From: Crocinitomicaceae bacterium
GTDB taxonomy: Bacteria > Bacteroidota > Bacteroidia > Flavobacteriales_D > Crocinitomicaceae
Direction: 5' to 3'
DNA length: 64,000 nucleotides
NCBI GenBank assembly: GCA_021740745.1
Contig: JAIOZF010000004.1
Coordinates: 3,879 to 67,878 of the forward strand
Positions 1 through 9,103 of the stretch are shown here, piece after piece. A program made the position numbers and the translations under genes. Numbering within the stretch: the first letter of the stretch is position 1; every line of letters starts with the position of its first letter. The notes beneath the pieces are model-generated. The model worked only from the letters and a program-made list of their open reading frames with translations. It searched no databases and was not told where the DNA came from.

Positions 1-15
1 TTTCAGTGAAATAAG

Positions 16-573
16 TTGAAAAAAATAAAACATATTTCAATCCTATATTTGGTTCCTGTCAGCTTTTTGCTGACAGGAATTCTTTTTTCGTGTGTCAACG
101 ATTTAGAGACAATACAAAAAGTAACATATGACCCAAAGGCTCCCAACGAGGTGACCAAAAACTTAAAAATGTTCTACACTGATTCAGGTTATGCGCGAAT
201 TGAAGTTTATGCTGGCTTGGCAGAAACTTATTCCAAACCAGAACCAATTACGAAATTAAAAGACGGATTGAAGGTTAATTTCTTCTCCTCACAAGGAGAA
301 ATAGTTAGCACTTTAACTGCTCTTTATGGGGAAGTTAACTTTTCAAAAGGATTATTGTTTGTTAAAGATTCAGTGCGACTTGTTAACTTAGAAAAAAAGC
401 AACGTCTAGAAACTGAGATTTTATTTTGGAATCAAAAAGACAGTTCAATTTATACGAATTCTGATGTAATTGTTAAGTCACCACAAGGAGTGCTTTATGG
501 CAAAGGAATCCAAACTAAACAAGATTTTAGTTACTATGAATTCTTAAAACCATACGGAAAGATAAAATTTTAA
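16..573 (+). CDS. lptC: LptC-like periplasmic lipoprotein (LPS export)
   Basis: 185 aa. Lipoprotein-type signal ending LLTGILFSC, then a beta-rich body (FYTDSGYARIEVYAG...). Size and layout resemble Flavobacteriia LptC. TTG start, so the N-terminus is uncertain. Confidence 0.5.
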   Translation: MKKIKHISILYLVPVSFLLTGILFSCVNDLETIQKVTYDPKAPNEVTKNLKMFYTDSGYARIEVYAGLAETYSKPEPITKLKDGLKVNFFSSQGEIVSTLTALYGEVNFSKGLLFVKDSVRLVNLEKKQRLETEILFWNQKDSSIYTNSDVIVKSPQGVLYGKGIQTKQDFSYYEFLKPYGKIKF

Positions 574-583
574 ACTTTATACA

Positions 584-808
584 ATGAATACTTACAATAA
601 AATAATGCTCTATTTTTGGTTAGCAGCAGCCATTATCATCTTTGTTTTTATTTCTTACATGTCTTATACGGACGGAATTAAAAAATGGGGATTCTATTAT
701 GTTTTTGTTGTTACATCTCTGTCAATGTATTTATTCAAAAAATGGATGATGAATAGAATGGAGAAGCACCTTAAATATATGGAAGAGCAAAAAGCAGCAA
801 AGAAATAA
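584..808 (+). CDS. small membrane protein (hypothetical)
   Basis: 74 aa with two hydrophobic helices and a basic C-terminal tail. No family recognised. Confidence 0.35.
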   Translation: MNTYNKIMLYFWLAAAIIIFVFISYMSYTDGIKKWGFYYVFVVTSLSMYLFKKWMMNRMEKHLKYMEEQKAAKK

Positions 809-963
809 TCACGTTTCCTTTTATCATCAAATTAGAGCGTTCTTCTTTGTTTGTTTCACTTAAACATAATTTTCAAACACGAATGAGATTCATTCAGTAC
901 ATTTAAACTGATATTATATCATTTTGAACGTAACTATTGATTGACTTTCACGTCTTTAAGTAT

Positions 964-3456
964 ATGAAATTTCTGAAATTCACTTTTTTCTTGTTTTTCC
1001 TATACACCTCAAATTCAGGTTGGGCGCAGCAAATTATTAGTGGTATCGTATCAGATGAACGAAATCTACCAATTCCCTTTGCAAAACTCTTTGTAAAGAA
1101 TAGTGCCGAACAAAGAACAATAGCAGATGCAAATGGCTATTATGAATTAAGCTTGTTTCCAGGTGAGTATTTCATTGTTTATTCTGCAACTGGATATGAT
1201 AGCCGTGAGACTTATTTCGTAATGAATGATGCACCTCTCAAACGTGATCTTCAACTATTTCCTACAAAAATTCAAGATATTGAAGATGTAGAAGTCTCGG
1301 TTAAAAAAACCAATCCAGGACGTGAAATAATGCTGGAAGTTGTGAAAAAGCGTGACCAAATAAACCCTTGGAATTACGCTCACTCGGTTGACGGATACAT
1401 CAAAGCAACTGAAAAAATTGATCGCAAGGAACCCAAAGAGAAAGATAAAAAGAACGATGAACCAGAAATTGATCCAAACGGAATTGAAGATCCTTTCGCT
1501 GCAGAGAAGAAGAAACAAGAACAATTAGCAAATGACATGAACCTAGTAGAAGTTCAATTCAATCGCTATTATGTCCCACAAAACAAAGTCAAAGAAATTA
1601 GAAATGCCTATGAAAAAAGGGGTAATGATCGAAATCTGTACTATACAACCACTGTTAAATCGAATTTCAATTTCTTTGAGAATCTATTACACTTAGATGA
1701 TTTACATCAAACACCTGTTAGTTCGCCTATTTCAGGTCCAGGTATTCTTTCATACAAATACAGGTTGGAAAAACAATATGAGGAAGATGGACATTTAATC
1801 CACCTCATCAAAATCATCCCAAGAAGTACTTCTACAACAACTTTAGAGGGTTATATTTGGGTGATCGATTCATTGTGGTTGGTGCAGAAGTTAGAATTGA
1901 CAATGCAGAAAGGAAATCTTTTGGTCTATGACTATTTTACAATTACACAAGAATTTGACCATCCCGGTGATACACTTTGCGTATTGAAAAATCAGGTGCT
2001 GAATTATGGAGTGAAATACAAAGACGAAACATCAACTTGCATTACGTCTGCTACATTTTCAAATTACGTTTTCAATCCGACTTTTGCTAATAAATTCTTC
2101 AACAATGAACTTGCTGTAACCGAGAAAGAAGCATATGACAAAGATACAAGTTTCTGGTCGCAAACAAGAACTGTAGAATTAACAGACGAAGAAAGAGCCT
2201 ATATCATTGCAAAGGATAGTATTCATGATTATCAAAATCGCAAGGAATACCTTGATTCCATTGATGCAATTTTCAACAAAGTGACTGTACTTAAAGTTTT
2301 ATGGTTTGGAGTAGATCATCGAAATAGAGACAAACGATACCAGTGGACAATAAGTTCAATTGCGGCAGTTGCGCGTCCTTTATATATTGCGGGACCAAGA
2401 GTTGCTCCGAGCTTCTATTATTTCAAAAAATGGGCTGATGAACGCTCGATTGATTCATATATAGAAACATCATACGGTTTTCTTAATCAGGATATTAAAG
2501 GTAGAGGATGGATTAGGTACCGATATGCTCCTTTTCATTTTGGAACTGCCCGAATTTCATTTTCCCATGAATTTGATGCTATTCGGAGTTTTGATGCCAT
2601 TACTCAAATCTATAAACGAGAAAATTTCATCGAAACTACAATGCTCAAACTTGGGAATGAGTATGAACTCTTTAATGGATTTTATGCGGATGCCGAATTT
2701 AGTTTTGCCGAAAGAAGAAGTTTAGATGGATATAAATTCGTTGAAATATTCGACGAAAGTATACCTAATAATGATCCCTTGGCTTTTGAATCTTATCAAG
2801 CTCTAATTGGTACCTTAACCTTAAGTTATACTCCCAAGCAAAAATATATGCGTGAGCCCAATCGCAAGGTTTTGTTAGGTTCTAGTTTTCCAACATTTTA
2901 TGCAACCTACGAAAGGGGTATTCCTGGATTGTTTGGAAGTGATGTCAATCACGAATATGGTCGCGCAGGAATTATGCAAACATTTAAAATTGGGACAATT
3001 GGAACATCAAGTTATCACTTACTCGCTGGAAAATTCCTAAGCTCGAAGGTTTTAAAAGTAGCAGATTTCAAGTTTCAACGAAGAAGTGAACCGATTTGGT
3101 TCTCAAATCCTCTTTATTCCTTTCAAGGTTTAGATTCCTCCTTGCCTTCAAAGGATATTTTTTATGAATTTCATTTTGTTCATCACGACAACGGCTCGAT
3201 TATCAATAAAATACCTTTCATGAAGAAAACAAGAATAGGATTGGTAGCGGGTTTTGGAGCTTTATATGTGAAAGAGTTTGATTATCAGCATTATGAAATA
3301 TTAGCGGGTTTAGAACGAAGCTTTAAATTTTCAAAACGTCGCCTGCGAATAGGTATTTATGGTGTGCTTTCAGATGGGAATAAAACTGCCCCTAACGCAA
3401 CATGGAAAGTATCTTTTGCTGTTCTTGATGACCGCAACATGAAATGGAATTTCTAA
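964..3456 (+). CDS. CarboxypepD_reg-like / DUF5686-type outer-membrane-associated protein
   Basis: Signal peptide MKFLKFTFFLFFLYTSNSGWAQ, then a carboxypeptidase-regulatory-like beta-sandwich (ISGIVSDERNLPIPFAKLFVKN...ANGYYEL...GEYFIVYSATGY). The long beta-rich C-terminal body resembles Bacteroidota DUF5686 proteins. ATG at 964 is preferred over the track TTG at 937. Confidence 0.6.
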   Translation: MKFLKFTFFLFFLYTSNSGWAQQIISGIVSDERNLPIPFAKLFVKNSAEQRTIADANGYYELSLFPGEYFIVYSATGYDSRETYFVMNDAPLKRDLQLFPTKIQDIEDVEVSVKKTNPGREIMLEVVKKRDQINPWNYAHSVDGYIKATEKIDRKEPKEKDKKNDEPEIDPNGIEDPFAAEKKKQEQLANDMNLVEVQFNRYYVPQNKVKEIRNAYEKRGNDRNLYYTTTVKSNFNFFENLLHLDDLHQTPVSSPISGPGILSYKYRLEKQYEEDGHLIHLIKIIPRSTSTTTLEGYIWVIDSLWLVQKLELTMQKGNLLVYDYFTITQEFDHPGDTLCVLKNQVLNYGVKYKDETSTCITSATFSNYVFNPTFANKFFNNELAVTEKEAYDKDTSFWSQTRTVELTDEERAYIIAKDSIHDYQNRKEYLDSIDAIFNKVTVLKVLWFGVDHRNRDKRYQWTISSIAAVARPLYIAGPRVAPSFYYFKKWADERSIDSYIETSYGFLNQDIKGRGWIRYRYAPFHFGTARISFSHEFDAIRSFDAITQIYKRENFIETTMLKLGNEYELFNGFYADAEFSFAERRSLDGYKFVEIFDESIPNNDPLAFESYQALIGTLTLSYTPKQKYMREPNRKVLLGSSFPTFYATYERGIPGLFGSDVNHEYGRAGIMQTFKIGTIGTSSYHLLAGKFLSSKVLKVADFKFQRRSEPIWFSNPLYSFQGLDSSLPSKDIFYEFHFVHHDNGSIINKIPFMKKTRIGLVAGFGALYVKEFDYQHYEILAGLERSFKFSKRRLRIGIYGVLSDGNKTAPNATWKVSFAVLDDRNMKWNF

Positions 3457-3493
3457 GTTCGGATTTTCACCCAATTTCTTCATTTCTATTTTT

Positions 3494-3501
3494 TATATTT
3501 G
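3494..3501 (+). promoter_or_regulatory. Bacteroidota -7 box TATATTTG upstream of kbl
   Basis: Exact TAnnTTTG match, 17 nt before the ATG at 3519. Confidence 0.5.
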
Positions 3502-3518
3502 CTTAAAAATTACAGCGC

Positions 3519-4709
3519 ATGTACTCAAAAATGAAAGATTATCTTCAATCGGAATTAAAGTCAATTGAAGAAGGTGGAATTTTCAAACGTGAAAGAATCA
3601 TTACTACACCTCAAGGGGCAAAAGTAAAAGTTCAAAGTGGTGAAGAAGTTGTCATCATGTGTGCGAATAACTACCTTGGTCTTTCATCGCATCCAGGAGT
3701 TGTTGAAGCTGCTAAAAACACGCTTGATACACATGGATACGGTATGTCATCCGTTCGTTTTATCTGCGGAACACAGGATATTCATAAAGAATTAGAAGCG
3801 AAAATTGCTAAATTCTACGGAACTGAAGATACTATTCTTTATGCTGCTGCTTTTGATGCAAATGGTGGTGTTTTTGAGCCTTTATTTGGTGAAGAGGACG
3901 CTATTATTTCGGATGAATTGAATCACGCTTCAATTATTGATGGAGTTCGCTTATGCAAGGCTCAACGCTACAGATACAAACATTCTGACATGGCTGATTT
4001 AGAAGCACAACTAATCAAAGCACAAGATCAACGTTTTAGGATTATTGTAACAGATGGTGTTTTCTCAATGGATGGCGATATCGCTAAAATGAATGAAATC
4101 TGTGACCTAGCCGATAAATATGATGCTTTAGTTATGACTGATGAATGTCACTCTGCTGGATTCATTGGAAAAACCGGTAGAGGTGTTCCTGAATATCATA
4201 ATTGTATGGATCGTGTGGATATTATAACTGGAACCTTAGGTAAGGCGCTTGGTGGCGCAATGGGTGGTTATACAACTGGTAAAAAAGAAATTATTTCGAT
4301 TCTTCGTCAACGTTCACGTCCCTATTTATTCTCTAATTCATTAGCACCTGCGATTGTTGGTGCATCGAACAAAGTATTTGACATTTTAAGTTCAACAACC
4401 GAACTAAGAGATAAATTAGAAGCAAATACCTTGTATTTCAAAAAGCACATTATAGCTGCCGGATTTGATATCAAACCAGGTGATTCACCGATTGTACCTA
4501 TCATGCTTTACGATGCAGCGCTTTCACAACAATTTGCAGATGAATTATTGAAAGAAGGTGTTTATGCAATTGGCTTCTTTTACCCAGTCGTTGCAAAAGG
4601 AGCAGCACGTATTCGTACACAAATCTCTGCTGCACATAGTATTGAAGATCTAGACAAGGCGATTGCTGCGTTCATTAAGGTGGGGAAAAAATTAAACGTT
4701 ATTTCATAA
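3519..4709 (+). CDS. kbl: glycine C-acetyltransferase (2-amino-3-ketobutyrate CoA ligase)
   Basis: 396 aa, full-length alpha-oxoamine synthase fold. Motifs: [28 protein letters not shown], and the PLP-lysine context GTLGKALGG. Confidence 0.9.
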   Translation: MYSKMKDYLQSELKSIEEGGIFKRERIITTPQGAKVKVQSGEEVVIMCANNYLGLSSHPGVVEAAKNTLDTHGYGMSSVRFICGTQDIHKELEAKIAKFYGTEDTILYAAAFDANGGVFEPLFGEEDAIISDELNHASIIDGVRLCKAQRYRYKHSDMADLEAQLIKAQDQRFRIIVTDGVFSMDGDIAKMNEICDLADKYDALVMTDECHSAGFIGKTGRGVPEYHNCMDRVDIITGTLGKALGGAMGGYTTGKKEIISILRQRSRPYLFSNSLAPAIVGASNKVFDILSSTTELRDKLEANTLYFKKHIIAAGFDIKPGDSPIVPIMLYDAALSQQFADELLKEGVYAIGFFYPVVAKGAARIRTQISAAHSIEDLDKAIAAFIKVGKKLNVIS

Positions 4710-4760
4710 AATAGCTTTTCTTAACATTTTAAATTGATTTAATTAATTAATATTGTTGGA

Positions 4761-5111
4761 ATGGTAAAATGGTCCAAAATAACATCTCTTTTCTTTTTGT
4801 CACTTTTTATGTGGCAATTGGTTGTTTTGTTCGCATCCCATGTGATTAATCCACAACTTTTTGAGTCAAACCAATCAACCATTCAGTATAATCAACTAGA
4901 ACAATCTTTTGAATTAAGTGCAGATTGTGAAATACTTGACTCTCCTTCAAATCAATTAGTGGAAGAAGTGTTAGAAGAAGAAATTGAATTAGCTGAAACA
5001 GACTTTATTTTTGCTCAAATAGAAATAGTTGATTTTCAAACATACTACCTAGTAAACGATTACCATTCTGTTTTAACCTCTGATTATATCCCCCCTGAAA
5101 CGACCGTTTAA
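4761..5111 (+). CDS. hypothetical membrane-anchored acidic protein
   Basis: 116 aa with one N-terminal TM helix and an acidic stretch (EEVLEEEIELAE). No family recognised. Confidence 0.3.
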   Translation: MVKWSKITSLFFLSLFMWQLVVLFASHVINPQLFESNQSTIQYNQLEQSFELSADCEILDSPSNQLVEEVLEEEIELAETDFIFAQIEIVDFQTYYLVNDYHSVLTSDYIPPETTV

Positions 5112-5152
5112 CAAATTTTCTTTATTCGTTAAATAATTTATGTCGTTTTTTT

Positions 5153-6727
5153 ATGAAAAATTTATTCTCCAATTGGAGGCATGATTTGCCTTCTAGTTTG
5201 GTTGTTTTTTTAGTCGCTTTGCCGCTATGTTTAGGTGTTGGACTAGCATCAACAAAAGTTGATGGAATTGATGGTATGCCCAACATCTTTTCAGGTATTA
5301 TTGCAGGGGTTGTTGGTGGTATTGTTGTTGGATTTTTAAGTGGTTCTCGTTTGGGCGTTTCTGGTCCAGCAGCCGGATTAATTACCATTGTTTCAGCTGC
5401 TATTATCACATTAGGTAGTTTTGAAGCTTTTGTTTTGGCAGTAGTAGTTTCTGGAGTTATTCAAGTAATTGCTGGATTTATCGGTGCTGGAATTTTGGGT
5501 AATTATTTTCCTTCTTCTGTCATTAAAGGTATGCTTGCCGCCATTGGAATCACCTTGATATTGAAAGAAATCCCGCACGCCCTCGGCTATGATGCCGATT
5601 TCATGGGTGATGAATCATTTCTTCAACCAGATGGACATAACACGTTTTCAGAATTGATGTACGCGTTGAAGTCATTGCATCCAGGAGCTGTAACGGTGAG
5701 TATTTTATCACTTGTTATTCTCGTTCTTTTTGACAAACCATTTCTGAAAAAGTTTGCCGTTTTCAAAATCCTGCCTGGCGCCCTTTTCGTCGTTGTTTTG
5801 GGAATAGTAGCCAATTTACTTTTCGTAAAAATTGATCCTTCTTGGGTAATCAGTGGTAAACACCTGGTGAAGCTTCCAGTTGCAAATTCCTTGAATGAAT
5901 TAGGTTCCTTCCTGACCATGCCTAATTTTACCCATCTTACAAATCCAAATGTGTATATAATCGGAGGTACAATTGCATTAGTGGGGAGTTTAGAATCGCT
6001 CCTAAGTGTTGAAGCAACCGACAAACTTGATCCAGAGAAACGCTACACCCCAACAAACCGAGAATTGAAGGCACAAGGAGTAGGAAATATTGTTTCTGGC
6101 TTATTGGGTGGTTTACCAATAACTCAAGTAATCGTTAGAAGTTCTGCCAATATTAATTCGGGTGGAAAGAGCAAATTATCAACGATTCTCCACGGTTTGC
6201 TCTTATTGCTTTCTGTGATTTTCATTCCGTGGGTTTTGAATATGATTCCTTTAGCATCCTTAGCAGCGATTCTTTTGTTGGTGGGTTATAAATTGTCAAA
6301 AATTTCACTTTATAAACAAATGTATAAAATTGGTTTTGAGCAATTTATACCATTTATCGCAACAGTCATAACTGTTCTATTTACCGATTTATTAACCGGA
6401 ATAATGGTCGGAATAGCTTTTGCAATTTTCTACATTCTTCGCAAAAATTACCGTAACAATTTTACTATTGAAGAGGATAAGGATAAACTAGTTGTCCGAG
6501 TAATCTTGTCTGAAGAGGTTACATTCTTAAATAAAAGTGGTATTTTAGAATTTATTGACAGCCTCGAAGAGAATTCTCAACTAATAATTGACGGATCGAA
6601 TTGTACTAAAATAGATTACGATGTGTTAGAAATTATTGAAAATTTCAAACAACATGGTTCTCAATTAAAAAATATAACACTTGAAACTATTAATATTCCA
6701 GAAGTAAGAGTTTCTTCTGGACATTAA
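5153..6727 (+). CDS. SulP family inorganic anion transporter with C-terminal STAS domain
   Basis: 524 aa polytopic membrane protein with glycine-rich SulP helices. The C-terminal soluble STAS-like domain includes VRVILSEEVTFLNKSG...IIDGSNCTKIDYDVLEII. Confidence 0.9.
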   Translation: MKNLFSNWRHDLPSSLVVFLVALPLCLGVGLASTKVDGIDGMPNIFSGIIAGVVGGIVVGFLSGSRLGVSGPAAGLITIVSAAIITLGSFEAFVLAVVVSGVIQVIAGFIGAGILGNYFPSSVIKGMLAAIGITLILKEIPHALGYDADFMGDESFLQPDGHNTFSELMYALKSLHPGAVTVSILSLVILVLFDKPFLKKFAVFKILPGALFVVVLGIVANLLFVKIDPSWVISGKHLVKLPVANSLNELGSFLTMPNFTHLTNPNVYIIGGTIALVGSLESLLSVEATDKLDPEKRYTPTNRELKAQGVGNIVSGLLGGLPITQVIVRSSANINSGGKSKLSTILHGLLLLLSVIFIPWVLNMIPLASLAAILLLVGYKLSKISLYKQMYKIGFEQFIPFIATVITVLFTDLLTGIMVGIAFAIFYILRKNYRNNFTIEEDKDKLVVRVILSEEVTFLNKSGILEFIDSLEENSQLIIDGSNCTKIDYDVLEIIENFKQHGSQLKNITLETINIPEVRVSSGH

Positions 6728-6738
6728 ACTTAAATAAA

Positions 6739-7374
6739 ATGGAAAAATATTATAACCAGTTAATCGAGAACAACAAGGAATGGGTAGCTTCAAAAACTAA
6801 AGTTGATCCAGAATATTTCAAACGTCTAGCAAATGGTCAACAACCACCCATACTTTGGATTGGTTGCGCTGATAGTCGAGTACCAGCAAATGAAATTATT
6901 GGGGCTCAGCCAGGCGAAGTATTTGTGCATCGCAATATTGCAAACATGGTTATACATACAGACATGAGTATGTTAAGTGTGCTGGATTACGCTGTAAATG
7001 TTTTAAAGGTGAAACATATCATCGTTTGCGGTCACTACGGATGTGGTGGAGTTGCGGCAGCAATGACGAATAAACATTTTGGTTTAATCGATAATTGGAT
7101 TCGTCACATTAAAGATGTTTACCGTTTTCATCACGAAGAATTAAACTACATCAAAGACGAGAAGGCGCGATTAAATAGATTTATTGAATTGAATGTGGTT
7201 GAACAAGTAAATGACCTTGCAAAAACATCTATCATTCAAAGTGCTTGGGAGAAAGATCAAAAAATTCATATTCACGGCTGGGTTTACGATGTTGCTGATG
7301 GATTTGTAAAAGACTTAGGAATCAATTTGACAGATAATAACAGCTTACAAGATGTATATCAATTAGAGATTTAA
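6739..7374 (+). CDS. beta-class carbonic anhydrase
   Basis: 211 aa. Zinc-ligand motifs CADSRVP and GHYGCGG are present. Starts 11 nt after the SulP stop. Confidence 0.9.
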   Translation: MEKYYNQLIENNKEWVASKTKVDPEYFKRLANGQQPPILWIGCADSRVPANEIIGAQPGEVFVHRNIANMVIHTDMSMLSVLDYAVNVLKVKHIIVCGHYGCGGVAAAMTNKHFGLIDNWIRHIKDVYRFHHEELNYIKDEKARLNRFIELNVVEQVNDLAKTSIIQSAWEKDQKIHIHGWVYDVADGFVKDLGINLTDNNSLQDVYQLEI

Positions 7375-7398
7375 TATCTTTAGGAATCAAAGTAACAT

Positions 7399-8067
7399 AT
7401 GATTCCTGCAATTCAAGAATTAGCTGTCTTATATAAAGCAGCAGCAGATAGTGAAAGGTCCCTTACCATGTCGAAATACATGAAGGGACTTTTTGTTTTT
7501 CATGGTATACCATCTCCAAAAAGAAAAGATATTCAGAAAGAATGGTACAATTCAATAAATAAAAATGGGAATGTTGAAATACGCACTTTAATACTTGAAT
7601 TATGGATTCAAAACGAACGTGAATTTCATTATGCGGCTATAGATTTACTCATTCGTCAACCAAAAAAATTCATTCTAGCCAGTGATAATGAGCTGATGGA
7701 ATACCTTATCACAACACATTCATGGTGGGATAGCGTCGATTTGGTTACAGCGCATTATGTTGGGAATTATTGCAGTCAATTCCCCATTGAAGGCGCGAAA
7801 TTAATCGAAAAGTGGAGGAAGTCTGACAATATGTGGTTGAACCGTTCTTGTTTGCTCTACCAATTGAAATATAAAAAAGAGACTGATTTTGAAATGCTAC
7901 GCTCCTTGATTGAACAATATCAGAAAAAAAAGGAATTTTTCATTCAAAAAGCAATTGGTTGGAGTCTTCGTGAATATTCAAAAACAAATCCAGTAGCTGT
8001 TAAAGCGTTTATTGAAAAAGTTAATTTACAAGGCTTGGCGAAACGCGAAGGTTCCAAGTATCTTTAG
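7399..8067 (+). CDS. DNA alkylation repair protein (AlkC/AlkD-like HEAT-repeat family)
   Basis: 222 aa. The C-terminal signature QKAIGWSLREYSKTNPVAVKAFIEK is typical of the DNA_alkylation family. Confidence 0.75.
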   Translation: MIPAIQELAVLYKAAADSERSLTMSKYMKGLFVFHGIPSPKRKDIQKEWYNSINKNGNVEIRTLILELWIQNEREFHYAAIDLLIRQPKKFILASDNELMEYLITTHSWWDSVDLVTAHYVGNYCSQFPIEGAKLIEKWRKSDNMWLNRSCLLYQLKYKKETDFEMLRSLIEQYQKKKEFFIQKAIGWSLREYSKTNPVAVKAFIEKVNLQGLAKREGSKYL

Positions 8068-8088
8068 GCTCTGTCACAGGACTCTTCG

Positions 8089-8096
8089 TATATTTG
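8089..8096 (+). promoter_or_regulatory. -7 box TATATTTG upstream of the gamma-CA-family gene
   Basis: Exact TAnnTTTG match, 14 nt before the ATG at 8111. Confidence 0.45.
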
Positions 8097-8110
8097 TAAA
8101 AAATAGATAA

Positions 8111-8626
8111 ATGGCACTAATTAAAACCTGCAGAGGTACTACTCCTCTTTTTGGAGAAGATTGTTGGTTTGCGGAAAATGCAACGATAATTGGCGACGTG
8201 ATTATGGGCAATCAATGCTCCGTATGGTTCAATGCAGTTGTTCGAGGAGATGTAAACTCTATTCGAATGGGCAACAAAGTGAATGTGCAAGATGGTGCTG
8301 TTATTCATTGTACTTATGAAAAGACGAAAGTAAACCTCGGAAATAATGTTTCAATCGGTCACAATGCACTCGTTCATGGTTGTACTGTAGAAGACAATGT
8401 TTTGATTGGTATGGGAGCAATTGTTATGGATGATTGTTACATCGAATCCAATTGTATTATCGCCGCAGGTGCCGTTTTACTGGAGGGTACTAGAGTTGAA
8501 TCATGGAGTATTTATGCCGGTGTTCCTGCGAAAAAGGTAAAAACACTTTCACCTGAATTGTTTAAAGGTGAAGTGCAACGGATTGCTGATAATTATGTGA
8601 AATACTCGAGTTGGTTTAAGGAATAA
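8111..8626 (+). CDS. gamma-carbonic-anhydrase-family hexapeptide-repeat protein
   Basis: 171 aa left-handed beta-helix repeats (IGDVIMGNQCSVWFNAVVRGDVNSIRMGNKVNVQDGAVIH...IGHNALVHGCTV...IGMGAIV). Confidence 0.85.
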   Translation: MALIKTCRGTTPLFGEDCWFAENATIIGDVIMGNQCSVWFNAVVRGDVNSIRMGNKVNVQDGAVIHCTYEKTKVNLGNNVSIGHNALVHGCTVEDNVLIGMGAIVMDDCYIESNCIIAAGAVLLEGTRVESWSIYAGVPAKKVKTLSPELFKGEVQRIADNYVKYSSWFKE

Positions 8627-8680
8627 TTGGAAACTTGAGACTGAAGACTAGGAACTAGGGATTTGAAATTGGTGGTAAGC

Positions 8681-9025
8681 ATGAAAAAAGATATAGAAAC
8701 ATACGAAGACGTGTTACATTTGATTACCAAATTCTATGACCGATTGTTGGTAGATGAGCAAATTAGTCACTTTTTTATTGAGTTAGATTTGGAAAAACAC
8801 ATCCCTCATGTTGCTGATTTTTGGGCTTTCGTCTTAATTGATCAAACTGGATATGCAAACAATATGATGACAGCCCATTCGAAATTGGAATTAAAAGCAA
8901 GCGATTTTGAACGATGGTTAGCACTTTTTCACGAATCAATAAATGAATTGTTTGAAGGTGAAAAAGCAACTTTAGCAATTGAGCGGTCAAAACTAATTGC
9001 ATGGACAATGAAATCCAAATTATAG
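8681..9025 (+). CDS. group III truncated-haemoglobin-like globin
   Basis: 114 aa from the ATG at 8681; the track TTG at 8663 is less likely. Layout (EDVLHLITKFYDRLLVDEQISHFF...DFWAFVL...ERWLALFHESINE) matches the small Bacteroidota group III trHb family. Confidence 0.65.
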   Translation: MKKDIETYEDVLHLITKFYDRLLVDEQISHFFIELDLEKHIPHVADFWAFVLIDQTGYANNMMTAHSKLELKASDFERWLALFHESINELFEGEKATLAIERSKLIAWTMKSKL

Positions 9026-9103
9026 ATTTTTTTAATCACTTTATTTGGACAATGATTATTAACATTTACAAGAGAAATTGATTATATACTAAAACAAAAA
9101 GTC

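Noticed and set aside
1255-1524. Short ORFs in the six-frame track that lie antisense to or out of frame within long well-supported CDSs. Examples: 1255-1524, 2525-2725, 5122-5409, 5623-6024, 8775-9008, 16510-16821, 24621-24980, 30517-30816, 34850-35149, 43936-44250, 46913-47230, 53536-53799, 62897-63082.
   Set aside because: Each is fully embedded in a larger ORF with clear family motifs. Their translations are low-complexity or compositionally odd (F/L/I/K or C/W/R-rich), as expected from reading an AT-rich gene in the wrong frame or on the wrong strand. None has its own promoter box or recognisable motif.
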